DNA of 64,000 nt from Cycas panzhihuaensis (GCA_023213395.1 CM041465.1:49669741-49733740), one strand, 5' to 3'. Positions 1 to 13,568 are shown, counted from the first letter of the stretch. The notes: generated by a model from the sequence alone, not told the origin. Numbers and translations are program-made.

Positions 1-242
1 AATTTCTTTCCATTGTTCATTTAATATGGGAAGGGGTTGTAGCAATCTTGGGGACTTGACTGTTTCTGTCTTTTGTGGTTGACAAATTCCACATGAAGAA
101 ACATATCGCTTTACATCCCCTTTTTGGCCCTTCCAAAAGAAAAAGTATTTAAAGCGGTGGTATGTCCATAGGAATCTCGAGTGACCTATTGTTGGGGAGG
201 CATGCACATCATACAAAATTTGCTCTTTGAGGCTAGAGTGAG

Positions 243-245
<3 letters not shown>

Positions 246-330
<85 letters not shown>

Positions 331-331
331 T
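246..331. repeat. (TA)n microsatellite
   Basis: About 85 bp of near-perfect TA repeat. Confidence 0.97.
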
Positions 332-559
332 TCTTGTACCAGAGAACATTTGTGGATCATGTGTAGTGGGTTGAGTTCCCCATCCTAGCTTGAAGGTCTT
401 GATCTGCTTTGTAAAGGTGAAGCACCAATTTTAAGTCATTTGGGATGCCATCATCTTGGAGAATGTCCCCCTCCATTGGAATTTCCCGACCTTTTAGAGC
501 ATAACATTTGGCAATGATCCATGTACCACCCCTTTTAATGAGCCTCTCCATACAGTGTG

Positions 560-2010
560 AGTTGATGATTTGGCTTGGGGAGGAATGATCCCATTCAATT
601 GATAGTTGATTGCTTCAGAAGTAAATCAGATGAAGAGCTCCTGCATATTTAGTTGAATGGTCCCTAGCGATTTGAGTCATTTTACCCCCAATACAACATT
701 GACTCCTCGAATGGGAATGGCATACATGGAAGTAGAGAGTTGATAGTCACCCATTTGTAACTTGATGTTGTGACGTTTTTCCCCATAAGACTGTGTCCCT
801 TCATTAGCCACCATAACCTGGAATTTTTTGATAAGATACGGAAAATAGTTGAGCTCATCAACAAGTTTCCGATTAATGAAATTATGGGTGCTCCCAAAAT
901 CTATGAGAATGACCACTTTCCTCTCTTGATGTACCCAATAAGTTTGAGTGTTTGTGGAGCCACAATTCCAGCAAGGGCATGCACGGATATAGTAGTGGTA
1001 TCTTCGTCTTCCTGTTCGGGTGGGTCAAATTCATTATTTTTTGGCTCTAAGGAGACTTCTTCTATTGATTTGTCATCTTGAACATCCTTAATGATGAATA
1101 AGGGTCATTCATGACACTTATGTTCTTTGTTCCACTTTTGATTGTAATAAAAACATAACCCTTTCAACCGTTTTTCATCCATCTCTTAGGAAGTCATTCG
1201 TTGCACACCAGGAACTTGAGATTGTGGTTGCTTTTCTCGAAACATTCATAGAAAGTGTTAGGATGCCTTATTTTTTACTTTAATAAGTTGAGCAAACTTG
1301 ATAGTTGTGGAGATGTTATCAGGTTTTAGGAGTCGCAACTCATGTCTAATGTCATCTCATAACCCACCAATGTGCAATTCAAGTAATTTGTCCTGACAGA
1401 GACCATCAATTCTTGTGGAGAGACATTGGTATTTTATCATATAAGCCAAAACAGTGCCCTCCTATCTGACTTTAGCTAATTAGTTGAAGTGGTCGTGATC
1501 CCAGGTAATATCATATTGAGCTATAAGGTCCTTGACAAAACCCTCCCATTGATAAGTAAGCTCGTCAATTGTTTTTGTAACCCATTAGTACCATTGGTAG
1601 GGTTTGATTTCCATGTGCAAAGAGACAAGAGAGATATTCTTGTCAGCTGGAACCTAGCGAAGAGAAAAGTATTGTTCCATTTGGGTGACCTAGGTGTGCA
1701 CATTTGTGCCATTAAGTTTCTTAATTTCCACCTTAGGAAGGAAGTTAGGACAAAAGTGTCTACTATCATTGTCTTCATCTTCCTTATTGAAGCAACCCTC
1801 ACTTGTGTGAATAGTGTCATTGAATTCAATCTTTTCTTCAGACTTGTGATGGTTGTCTTCTTCTCTAGGGAGTTTCACCGTTGTGAGCTCTAGCATCAAC
1901 CTTTCAAAATTTTCATTGAAGTTAGTTTGGATTTGCAACATGTCTCCTTGAAGTTGTGTCAGAGCATCATTGAGATCTTGAGTCCAGTTAGGGTTCATCT
2001 TAGGGGCCAT
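560..2010 (-). pseudogene. gag: gypsy gag-protease pseudogene of G1
   Basis: ORFs 1690..2010 and 677..916 (retropepsin DxGSTHNF motif), joined by stop/frameshift-broken gag sequence. Confidence 0.85.
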
Positions 2011-2118
2011 TTATTTTCTAGGCCTAAGTTGAGTCCTAGTTGGTAAATATGAATGAAAGGGGTTTAATGCGATGTCTATAGACTGTTATCCCCAATGTTT
2101 TACAATGAGGAAATATGG

Positions 2119-2120
<2 letters not shown>

Positions 2121-2188
<68 letters not shown>

Positions 2189-2192
2189 CTTT
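2121..2192. repeat. (TA)n plus poly-T tract in the G1 5' leader
   Basis: Directly visible. Confidence 0.9.
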
Positions 2193-3700
2193 CTAGAATT
2201 GAGTCTGAAACTTTGTTTTAAATTTGAAAGTAAAGGAGCGGCTAGGACAATCTGGCTACAAAATGAGGAGTATATTAGCTTATAGATTTTGGATCTCCTA
2301 ATTAGGTTTAAACCCTTGCAAGGTGAAATTCTCCCACTTTCACAAAAAATTAGTAATCTAGTCAGAGAGGGTTTTTGGTTCCAAATTATGGGAGGAGTCT
2401 ATTCCCAAATTTTGAAGGGAAATCAAGTTGTGAATGATGAGTTATGATCTAAAGAAAATAAAAATAGAAATTAGAATTTTTTTGAGAATTTTGTATGGAA
2501 TTTGGGCAAGAATTATCAAGGGAGCTTTTATATAGAATGATGTTCTAGATGGTCCTCCAAAGTTTTAAATGAAGTCGAGCTCTTGGTAGTGAGATATCTC
2601 ATTTTTAGTGATAATTTTGGGACCTTTTCTTTTGTCGCTTATAGTCGACTGACTGACTACGTGTACACGAACTGATGACAAACTTTCTAGACACACTCAA
2701 CTTTGCAGATTGATGATGATTGACTCACAAACTGACTAAGTGCGTATAGACCACTGATAGACTGACTAGGTACACTAGGTCTGGGATTGTCTGGTTTATA
2801 GGCCCTCTAATATATTGATCCTAGTCATAAATAGTATCAACTTGTAGAGGCTAACACTCTACTTTGCAGCTGTACTACCCATCTCTAGGGTATGTGGAGA
2901 GTAACTTTCTAGGGCTAACTACGTATCGATATATTACAAATTACAAATGACTGATAGGTTTCCTATAGTTACATATACTAGGGGGTTCTCCTATATGCTC
3001 GTAGGTACGTGGAGGCATAATTCCATAGTCGAGTTCTATCTAAAGCTTGGTTCAAGAGTGTAATCTCAAGTCCTTCATGCAAGCGGCAGAAAAGCCACGA
3101 TGCGCTTAGCCCAAAACAACAATTTTCTGTGATATTAATAGACCCCTGTCATAGGGTTTCTATCTAAATATAGAGAATAATTGCTTGGTGGCAATGTCAG
3201 GGTAGTTGCCCCTATTGCAGTGTTGTCTATCCCCAGAAAGTAGAAGTAATTAAGCAAAAATTTTAAATAAGAATAAATACTGATGGAAATGAAAACTAAT
3301 AGAAAAAAATTGATTATTCAATACCTTCGACTCTCCCACAAGCTGTGAACCAATTGCTCTAATACCACTTGATAGGATACCACTCCTTCAATGACAACAA
3401 CATACCATCACATCGCTTAGATAACACCAAAAGAGAGCATTTGTATTGCAATACCTTTCAAAGGGGCAACTTCCCAATTACATACAATAGCAATGATATT
3501 CAAGATATTGTATTCTAAGGATTATATGAATATATATAGGGCTCTATGGCCGCTACACAACATCCTACTTATGCATATGGGATATTAAGAAGTGAGAGGA
3601 AGTAAAAGAAATAGAAGATATAAGAGAAGATAAGAGAGAGAAGAAGTAGAAGCTATAAGAGAATATAAGAGAAGGTAAGTTAGGGGTTAGATCCCTAATA

Positions 3701-4331
3701 GGAAGCAAGCAACAGGAAGCATTTGAAGCCTTACAACTAGCAATAGCATCCACACCTATTCCTTGATTTTTGGATTAGGAAAAAGTCTTTCATGTGCATG
3801 TAGATGCATCACAATATGCCATTGGTTGTGAACTTGCTCAACCTAGTGAAACTAATATTGATCACCCCATCTTCTTTGCTAGTAAGAAATTGACCAAAGC
3901 ATAGCAAAATTATATGATGATGGAAAGAGAAGGCCTTAGAATGGTGTATGCTTTACAAAAATTTTGACATTATCTACTATCAAATCCGTTCATATTCTAT
4001 GTGGATCAACAAGCATTGACGTATCTTATAAATTAGTCCATATTGAAAGGGAGAATCAATAGATGGATTATGTTATTTGAGGAGTTTACTTTTAAATTTT
4101 TTCTCAAACTGGGAAAAACATATCATACTTGATCAATTATCATGAATCAATAATAGAGAGGAAGCTATGGGAATACAAGATGATTTTCTAGATATAACAC
4201 TCTTTAGTGTTGACACAGTTCCTATGGAGTGATATGAAGGAATCCAGAAATATCTTGCCACAGGTGAATTTCCACCAGATTTGGACAAAACAGAGTGGAG
4301 GCATTTGGTTTGAAAAGCAAAACCACACCAA
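3701..4331 (+). pseudogene. pol: gypsy RT-RNase H fragment (non-chromovirus type), G2
   Basis: QQEAFEAL..STPI..FHVHVDASQYAIGC.LAQP..DHPIFFASKKL..NY..EREGL.MVYALQKF.HYLL..RINRW with stops; cut on both sides by other elements. Confidence 0.85.
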
Positions 4332-7300
4332 TGTTAGAATGTAATGTTTTATCCTAGGTTCTCTAAGGGGAAATGTTTTAACCCCTCTTTATGTTACTTA
4401 GACACTTGTCTGACACATGTCAAATGTACTTGTTTCGGTTACATTCTCTCATGTATATTTAAGAAGGAATTCCCTCCTATAATAATACAAGTGAGTTTTA
4501 TCTCATTCATTCTATTTGAAATTTCTACATGGTATCAAAGCAAGCTCTGCTGCTTATTTGAGAGAGGGTTTTTTGTCTGTGGAGAAAGGTAATTTTGCCA
4601 GGGACTGAAATATCAATTGGCCATATTTACAATCTAATTGACAATCAAAGCAAGACATCAAATTGATCAAATGAAGCAAAGGTGCTGAAGGCAAACAGAA
4701 GGAATCATGCAGACATAACAGAATTATACGGTCGTACGAATGTACAAAAATCAAAGTGCTCAGATTTTGAAAAAAAAATGGGCAGTAGATAGATCTCAAC
4801 ATTCTTGTCAACATTCTCTTCTACATCGAATTGATCTAAGGTCATTTTCAAGCTCTTTTACCCATTTTACCAGGTGCATGGGTTTGAAGAGATAAGTCCA
4901 AAATTTTCACTGTTTTTCTCAAATTTCTCTAGGAAGTTGTTCAAAATCTCTCTGTAATTGAAGTATGACTTGATTGAATTCAATTTTGAGGAATTTTATT
5001 AGAGATTTTTTTAGTTTGAAGCCTTTTGTGAAAAACCCTAGCCGCCCCTATAGTGATTTTGACCCAGTTTTCTCTCAAATAAAAAGTGATCTCAGCAAAA
5101 GAAACTCATATTCAGATTCCTCTCGATTAGTACTTCAATTTGAGGTACTCAATGTCCCTATCCGTACAACTTAATATCCATATGGAAATCTATACATTTA
5201 TACAGTCATCCATTGTTGTCTTAGTCCCTATTGATAAAAAATGGCCTCATCTATTTTGGCCCTAGGAGATCAAGATAAATTGACTGATTCCAATTATCCT
5301 ATTTGGAGGATTAAAATAGAAACTCTTCTGTGAGCCAAAAATACTTGGAACCTAACAACTGGAACTGAAAAGAAGCCTCAAACTATCGGTGATGCTTTGA
5401 ACAACTGGGAAGAAAGAAATAACTCTGGGGCGATAATATTAAAAATGTATGTTTTTTATCATCTTTTGATTTATGTTGATAAACTAAATTCCTATCCTGA
5501 AATTTGGAAAGTGTTTGAAAACCTGTTTGCTCAAAAGAATAGAGCCAGAATCATAACTCTTAAAGAAGAGTTATTCAAATTACGTATGAAAGAAACAGAA
5601 AGAGTATCAAAATTTATTCATAAAGTTACTATAGTCAATAATGATCTATTAAGTGCAGGGGCAACTATTACAGAGCAAGAAATAGTGGAGATGATAGCAG
5701 AAAAATTGCCAAAGTTATTTGATGTGACTATCAATACAATAACCAACAATGACCAAATTGAAGAGATGACTCTTGATGAGGTAATTGGTTTGTTGTTGAG
5801 ACAGGAGTAGAGAAGCAAAAGATATAAAGATACAACTAAATTAGAAGATGCCTTCGTGACCAAATTAAACATAAGACCCAGAGGACGAGGCCAATTCAAA
5901 GGAAGAGGATGAAGTCTAGAAATCAGGAACCCATCATGAGGAAGATGGTCAGAGAACAAGGGTCGTGGGCACATGAATCCACTAAGAGATGCAAGGGTGT
6001 GCTATAAGTATGGTAAGCCCAGTCATTTCTCAAGTTCATGTAGAGCATTTGACGTATGTTATCATTGTGGTCAGCTAGGACATTACCCCTACCAATGCCC
6101 ATAAAGGAGAGCAAACATCCAAAGAGGGAAGAGGCTAGCAAGGAATTATAGTAAGAAGCAAACAGATGAGGAAGACAAAGAAACAACTTTCATTATTGCC
6201 CTGTCAGCTGATCTTCAAGATAAAGATGTATGGTTCATTGACTCTAGAGAATCACGACATATGACAAGCAGAGAAGATTGGTTTGTTTCCCTCAAACCCT
6301 ACTGCACTGACAAATCAGTCGAATTAGGAGACAAGTATCCCTTAAATATTAAAGGAGTGGGTACCATAGTTGTTGATTTGCAAGGAAGTGTAAAAAAGAT
6401 TGGAAATGTCCTTCTTGTACTTGGATTAAAGATGAATCTTCTCTCAGTGTCTCAACCCATTAACAAAAAATTAAGAACCATATTGAGGAAGGCAAGTGCT
6501 ATGTACTACACATGAAAAATAATGGTGTTGTGATTGCCAAAGGGGTGAAATATAATGACCTCTATAAACTGCTCTCAAATCCTATCATTCCTAATGTTGA
6601 TGTAAAGGCATGCTTCATTGTAAACCCTAATATTAATAATAAATTATGGCATTTGAAGTATGGACATCTTCCTTTAGATAAATTAGAAATGATGAGAAAA
6701 AGTGGTATGGTCAGTGGACTTCCTCCTGTTTCATCTAATTACTTTATTTGCAAAGACTATCAGTTTGGAAAATAGCATCATCTTCCCTCCAAGACGAGTG
6801 AATGGCATGCTCAAGACAAATTGGAATTAATACACATAGATCTATGTGGTCCTCTAACGCCACACTCAATTAATGGTTCCAGATACTTCCTAACTTTCAT
6901 CGATGGTTTTTCAAAGAAAGTGTGGATTTATTTTCTTCATAATAAATTAGAAGTATTTGATAAATTCAAAGAATTTAAAGCTAAAGTGGAATTGGAATCA
7001 GGACAAAATAAAATGTACCAAATCTGACGGTGGGGGTGAATACATTTCAAAGGAATTTTTGGATTATTGCAAAACCAATGGCATACGTAGGCAATTTACA
7101 ACTCCTTACAAACCACAGTCCAATGGTGTAGCTGAACGGAAAAATAGAACCATCATGGAGATGGCACGTAGTCTGGTTCATGATGAATAGATCTCAAAAA
7201 CTTACTGGGCAGAAGTAGTAAGTACAACCTATTATTTGATAAATCAAAGTCTAATCAAAGCACTTAAACAAATCACTCCAGAAGAAGCATGGATAGGAAG

Positions 7301-9540
7301 AAAATCAAATGTAAGTAACCTAAAGGTTTTTGGGTGTTAAGCATTTGTTCATATACCTGGCAAAAAAAGGTCTAAGCTTGATTCCAAATGTATCGATTGC
7401 ATCATGATTGGATACAGCAAAAACTCAAAGGCATATAAGTGCATAGATCCCAAAACTAATAAGATCTATGTGAGTAGGGATGTTGTATTTAACAAAGAAG
7501 ACGCCACTAAAGATAAGCCCTCAGTCCAAATAAATGAAGAAGCACCAGGGATTGTATTTCAAGAAGAACCTTCCATGGAGGAGATATCAGGTATAACTTC
7601 AGAAGACAATCTAGAAGAATCAAAATCCACTCCAATGGCTCATGAAGTAGAGGAACAGTCACTTGAAAGTTAAACCATAAAGGAAGATATAAAAAAAGAA
7701 AAGGGAGCACCAAAATGGTACATCAAAACCATTGAGGAAGGAAAGGGAGATCTCTTCACACATAGGACTAGAAGTCAACAACATCAAGCATTGTTCAGTT
7801 GCCTAGAACCACAATCCTTTGAAGAAGCAAAGGAACATGTAGCATGGAAAATAGCAATGGACGCAGAAATGGACTCCATCGCCAAAAATCAAACTTGGGA
7901 TCTAGTTGAATTGCCTCCCAACAAACCTGTGGTCAATTGCAAATGGATTTACAAGGCAAAATAAGGACCTGACGGGAAAATAGAAAAATAAAAAGCCAGA
8001 CTTGTGGCAAAAGGATATACTTAGACTATTGGGATAGATTTCGATGAGACATTCTCTCCAGTGGCCAAATTAAGTACAGTTAGAACAGTGATTGCTCTAG
8101 TAGCTCAAAACAACTAGGAAATTTACCAGTTAGATATCAAAAGTGCTTATTTGAATGGAGACCTAGAGGAAGAGGTCTACATGAAACAGCCAGAAGGCTA
8201 TATCAAGCAGGGACAAGAACATATGGTATGCAAATTGAAGAAGGCTCTGTACAGGTTAAAACAGGCTCCTAGAGCTTGGTATGCTAAACTAAACAAACAT
8301 CTATCACAAAATGATTTTCACCAATGCAGTTCAGATTCCAGTCTATATGTAAGAAAGAAAAATGGGAAAATCACAACAATAGTTGTCTATGTTGATGATA
8401 TGATTGTTACAGGAAATGATAAAGAATCAATCACAAATATAAAAAGTCAGTTAGAAAAGGAATTTGGGATGACAGATTTGGGTTCACTGAACTACTACTT
8501 GGGGATAGAAGTTGGTCAAAATAAAGAGTCAATCACACAGTCACAGAGCAAATGCATCAAAGATTTGCTAGCTAAGTTTCAAATGGAGAATTGCAACCAA
8601 TGTGCAGCTCCCATGGAAGTAAACTGCAATGTAGTCCCTGATGAAGAAAAACCTACAGTTGACACCACCCTATATAGGTAGTTGATTGGAAGTCTAATAT
8701 ATATCATCACCACCAGACCAAACATCTCACATTCAGTGGGTTTGGTTTCCAAATTTATGCAGGAGCCCAGAATAAGGAATTGGAAAGTAGCCAAAAGGAT
8801 ACTTAGATATCTAAAATGAATAGTCAGCCTAAAGCCAATATATCCCAAAGAGAAATCAACTCAATTGATAGGATTCTGTGATTCTAATTGGATAGGAGAC
8901 AAAGAAAGAAGGAGATCTACAAGCGAATACTGTTTCTTCTTAAGTACAACAGCTATCTCCTGGTGCAGTAAAAGGCAACCAATAGTGGCACTCACCTCAA
9001 CTGAAGCAAAGTATAAATCAGTCATCAATGTAACACGTGAAGCAGTCTGGTTAAAAATTGCCAATGGATTCGGATCAACATCAACAGAGACCAACAACAC
9101 TGTTGTGTGACAATCAGAGTGCAATAAAATTGACTAACAATCCAATCCTTCATGCACGAACAAAACACATAGAAGTGCATAATCATTTCATAGGAGATAA
9201 GGTGTATAATAAAGAAATTGATTTAGCATACTATCCTACAGCAGAGCAAGTTGTTGATATTCTGACTAAACCACTTAGAAGAGATAGATTTCTATCTCTT
9301 AGAGATAGAATATGTTTAAAAGGATAAAACATTAAGAGAGGGTGTTAGAATGTAATGTTTTATCCTAGGTTCTCTAAGGGGAAATGTTTTAACCCCTCTT
9401 TATGTTACTTAGACACTTGTCTGACACATGTTAAATGTACTTGTTTTGGTTACATTCTCTCATGTATATTTAAGGAGGCATTCCCTCCCATAATAATACA
9501 AGTGAGTTTTATCTCATTCATTCTATCTGAGATTTCTACA
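4332..9540 (+). mobile_element. Ty1/copia element C1, full length, decayed
   Basis: 198-bp LTRs 4332-4529 and 9343-9540 (TG..CA, 7 mismatches counted); PBS TGGTATCAAAGC 4530-4541; PPT AGAGAGGG 9335-9342; gag-PR-INT-RT-RH order; flanks ACCAA / TACCT are not a TSD. Confidence 0.97.
5241..9327 (+). pseudogene. pol: copia gag-pol polyprotein of C1 (stops and frameshifts)
   Basis: gag ORF 5397-5810, WFIDS protease, LELIHIDLCGP / SDGGGEY / NGVAERKNRT integrase, LKQAPRAW / YVDDM RT, CDNQSAI / RTKHIEV RNase H. Confidence 0.95.
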
Positions 9541-11445
9541 TACCTGTCATATGGTTAAATGCACCTGAGTCAATAAACCAATTCTCGTTGTGCTAGACAT
9601 ATGAAACTAAAGCAACAACATAAGCGGTGTCTTCATCATCATCATCCCTTAACTATTCTTTACTATAGTTTCCTTCAACTCGTTTTCCCTTGGAAATATC
9701 AGACCTCTTGTAGAAATAGTTGTTGGAGAGATGTTTGTACTCCTACAATAATAGCATGAACGACTATCTACAGTTCTATAATTTACTACAATGTGACCTG
9801 TTCTACCACATAATAGCATATTCGAGTGCCAGGTGATTTGCCTCTTCCTCTAAAGGATCTTCCTCTGTTGCTTCTAGCCTTAAATAATCTTCCTCTACCA
9901 CTTCGTACCCCTCTTTTGCTAATTCTAAACCTTGAGATAAAGGCTTATTCAACATCTGCTCCCTATTCATACCTGCAAGTCCTTTGTTCCTGTTGAAGCA
10001 AATGACCACACAAGGTATCGAAGGCCATCTTTTGAGCTTGTACCCCTATAGTAAGAGTATTTACCAAATTATCAAAGGATTTTAGCAATTTGTTCAATAT
10101 CAGGTGGACAATTTCGATATCTATCATAGTTTTTCCAGCTGAGGCTAAGTTATCTTTGATTTCTACTAGCTTGGTTATGAAATCAGTCACTTGTTCTCCC
10201 TCCTGTAGATACAACCAGTAAAGTTGTTCTATTAAGGAAATAATACAAGCTTCATTCTTTTGACTAAATAAGGAAGGTAGGGTTTTCCATGCTTTGATAG
10301 AAGTGAAGGCTCCACTAATATGAGTCAAAACTAAATCACTGATGGACAAGGTGATTATGGCTAAGGCCTGTTTGTCCCTCTCCCCCTAGCTAATCTTTGT
10401 TGTTCCATTAATAGTTGGTTTAACTTCCTTTTCAGTAACTAATTCCCATGCATTTTTTGCAATTAACAATCCCTTCATTTTAATTTTCCATGCTGCATAA
10501 TTTATGCTTGTCAATTTGTCTGACTCACTTAGGGAATCGATTGAGACCATTTTAAAAAACTTGAAGACAAGTACTAAAGTTAGAGCTTAAAGAATGTCTG
10601 TTATAATCCCAATCCGTATGGATGTACAGCCAAAGTACAAATGTACAAATTTGAATGAAACTCTCCCAAATCAAAGGTACTTAGGCTGTATATAGGGTTT
10701 TGAAGTTAGATTTTTTATTTGACTCCAGACAAGTAGAAAGTAACAATCAAACACAAAGGGGCAACTAGGATTTAAAACACTTTTTTGCTTATTTCTCCTA
10801 AAATCTTGAGTCAAATTTTAAAAACTTATACTTGAAAGATAGCTTATGACCAAAGGATCATTTTGAGTCCACTTACTTGCCTTGAAATTGAAAAATCTGG
10901 TAGAAATCTGCTCTAGAGTCCCCAAATGCGTGCACTTGTATTTTGCTCTTTACTAGACTAACAAAGCCAAATCTAAAAAACTTGCTTTGGGACAACATAA
11001 TATACTCAAAAAGGCGCACTTGCTAGTAAAATTTCACTGCATTTTGATCGCTTTGAAAAAATTTCATACAGGTCCATATAGTGTTGTATGGTCTTGCTTG
11101 GCACTTAGAATATTTCTTCTTCTTTAGGTTCTTGCTCCTTGCCTCCTCTTTTCACAATTTGCTCCTTATTTCTTCTTATTTCCTCTTCCTGATGTCTTGT
11201 TCATTCTCAGTGTATCAGACCTGCTCTGATACCATGATAGAAAAGAAAATTGAATTGTTCATTGATTGATGAGAGAGATGTTCCTCTCAGTTATACAAGT
11301 AGTCTTACATAATCGATTTGTACATAGATGACACACGTCCATCATAAGTGACAAATGTTGGACTAATACAAAGAGGGTACAATGACACATAACCCTTCTG
11401 GTTTCATAAAGTACAACTTTAGGATAAAACATTAACATCCTAACA
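9541..11445 (-). mobile_element. Ty1/copia element C2, 5' part only (LTR, PBS, gag, start of protease)
   Basis: 5' LTR 11235-11445; PBS rc GCTCTGATACCA 11223-11234; gag ATG at 10550, ORF 9963-10349; ENWFIDSGAFNHMTG cut at 9541 by the C1 3' LTR. Confidence 0.9.
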
Positions 11446-12540
11446 CTCCCAACACTCTCCCTTCCAAACAATGGATTCTTAAAGGGTGTTTTCTGATGGC
11501 TAAGCTCTAGCACTTGCACTATTATTGGTGTTGTTATCAGAAATAATTGCACGAATCCCTTTTTTGGCAAATCTTCAAAGAACTATCTTGTCAAACAATT
11601 CTCCCAATATGCTAAGGAACCTTCCTATGCTTTTTCCTCATGGTCACTTAGGTCCTTCAAAGTATAATCCACTTTTATTCCTTTCTCCTTCCCTATGGTT
11701 TCACCTTCTTCCTCTAAAGCATCTTTTTTCTTTTGGATTTTCTTCTTTTCGAATCTTGTTTTCTTCCTTTTCTAGGCTAAATATATCGGCATCAATTGGG
11801 GAAAGTGTTATCACCATTTGGTCTCCATGTCTTTCAATTTCTTATTCTTGGAGTGTCTTGCCGCCACTTGCCTCAAACCTTTCAACGAACTGCCCCTTAG
11901 TCTCATCATTTTTATTGAGGCTTAACCTCCTAGCCCTTCTTAATTTTGCCTCTTTAGACCATATTAAATCCATTTGTCTACTTGATTCTTGTATTCCCTT
12001 AGATCAAGTTCTTTTTAGTGGCTCACTCACCTTTGAAGTCTGTTTAGGTGGCATTGGAAGGTCCCTAACCTGTCGGAGGCTTAATTACGACTTGCCATCA
12101 CGACAACAGTTAGGGTTCCTTAGTCTTTGTATATAATATATATGGCAAAACTCTTGCCTAGTCCCTCCTCAATGGACATCGACAACGAAACCAATGTTGA
12201 CTTCTACCTCCACCCTATGAAGATGCACTTGTCAAGGTGGTCACTTTTCAGTAGTCTAGTTAGGGCTTGGTCAACATAGTCAGATCATCACTCTCCATAA
12301 AGATATCATAACATCAAGTCATCATCATATATCATCACCATGCTATCGTATCAATCAATATAAATTCATAACTCAACAATCATCATGCACAAGATACATA
12401 GTATTTCCACATAACTCATTAATACATTAAGCAATGTCACTGTCAATGTCTATACATCACTAGAAAGGAATGTTTGACATGCATTCTATGCAAAATCATA
12501 TCATCCAATACAATAACTCGTCTCTCACATGAAAATAGTG
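11446..12540 (-). mobile_element. 3' internal region of an unclassified LTR element, with PPT and 9 bp of its 3' LTR
   Basis: Minus strand GGAAGGGAGAG|TGTTGGGAG directly abutting the C2 LTR; degraded Lys/Glu-rich frame upstream. Confidence 0.4.
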
Positions 12541-13017
12541 GGAAAAATGCCAATAAATACCCATTTACATGTCTTTTGGGAGAATGGTTGTGACTTATGG
12601 CCACAACCATTTTATTTTATAACAAAGGGCCTTTTCACTATGATTATATCACACATCATTAATTACACTTTATTTCATCTATACGACTATACAAATGCAT
12701 GCCTCATGATGACATCAACATCCCTAGGAAGTACGGCTCTAATCTGAGTGTATGTTCCTTGCATTCCTCACAATGTATTCTGCATACATTCCCAGCTATG
12801 TTGTGTTCCTTTCAAGAACGCACCCTATCATGCATTCCCCAAGAGCTCCATTTTGTCCTTTTTCACTATTTCCTACCATGCTTTCCATTGTGCATCCTCT
12901 TGGTGATACATTCCTTCATTCCTCAGGTCAAGATAAGCATGCATTCCTGCTTTCCCACTATCCAAAATGGCCCAGGTACTAGATTTAACCCCAACAAGAA
13001 CATGGAATAAATTTACA

Positions 13018-13568
13018 CTCAAATATTCACATTATCAACAACACTGTTAATATATTCCATCAAGGCATTAGTACAGTGATATTAATAGCATTGTGATTAG
13101 AACATTTGTTGTTGGCTCATTGCTTTATGTGTTTTCTTCAACCTCATCAATACCATCTACATCATGTAACACATCATTATCTTCACTAAACAATAATAAC
13201 ATATTATGTATTATGCAACAAACCAAAATAGTCTATGGTAGTAAATGCAAAATAGGATTACAAATTTTTGAATGAAGAATTCTCTAATTTTGCTTTAGTA
13301 TCTCAAAAGCACATTCAACAACAATGCATGTTGATGATAACATAAAGTTAAATTGTCATTGACTATTAGCCAGTTCTCTACTAAAGAATGTGCTTAACCA
13401 TGGCAATAGTGAATTCCCACCATTGCTAATAATATACTCCCTCATGTCAAATAGCCCAATACAAATTGATTGACCACTTAACCTTTGACCTTTTTCACAC
13501 AATCTAAAGAATGACGAGTTGTGCAATAAGCAAGAATCATTAATAGAATTAGGACAACCAATGAAAAT
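13018..13568 (-). pseudogene. Harbinger (DDE_Tnp_4, ALP1/HARBI1-like) transposase, C-terminal part
   Basis: IFIGCPNSINDSCLLHNSSFFRLCEKGQRL..REYIISNGGNSLLPWL..FNFMLSSTCIVVECAF.ILKQN*RIL..TILVCCIIHNML. Confidence 0.9.

Larger units (their letters stand above)
1..3700 (-). mobile_element. Ty3/gypsy (chromovirus-like) element G1, internally deleted (gag-PR fused to INT, RT/RH absent), running off the left edge
   Basis: Putative 5' LTR 3370-~3700; PBS (rc GCTCTAATACCA) 3356-3367; gag from 2010 (MAPKMNP.., GLCFY..KWNKEHKC knuckle ~1110-1170); protease ILIDFGSTHNFI 677-916; INT HHCC domain (HASPTIGH..YFFWKG..YVSSCGICQ..LLQPLPI) at 1-215. Confidence 0.85.

Noticed and set aside
181-366. 61-aa ORF with YIYIYI repeat
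   Set aside because: Translation of the (TA)n microsatellite, antisense to a gypsy integrase.
4344-9558. Duplicate ORFs MFYPRFSKGK.. (4344, 9355)
   Set aside because: Chance frames inside the two C1 LTRs, not duplicated genes.
11525-12136. 203-aa plus-strand Leu/Ser/Phe-rich ORF
   Set aside because: Antisense shadow of a purine-rich minus-strand frame; no domain recognised.
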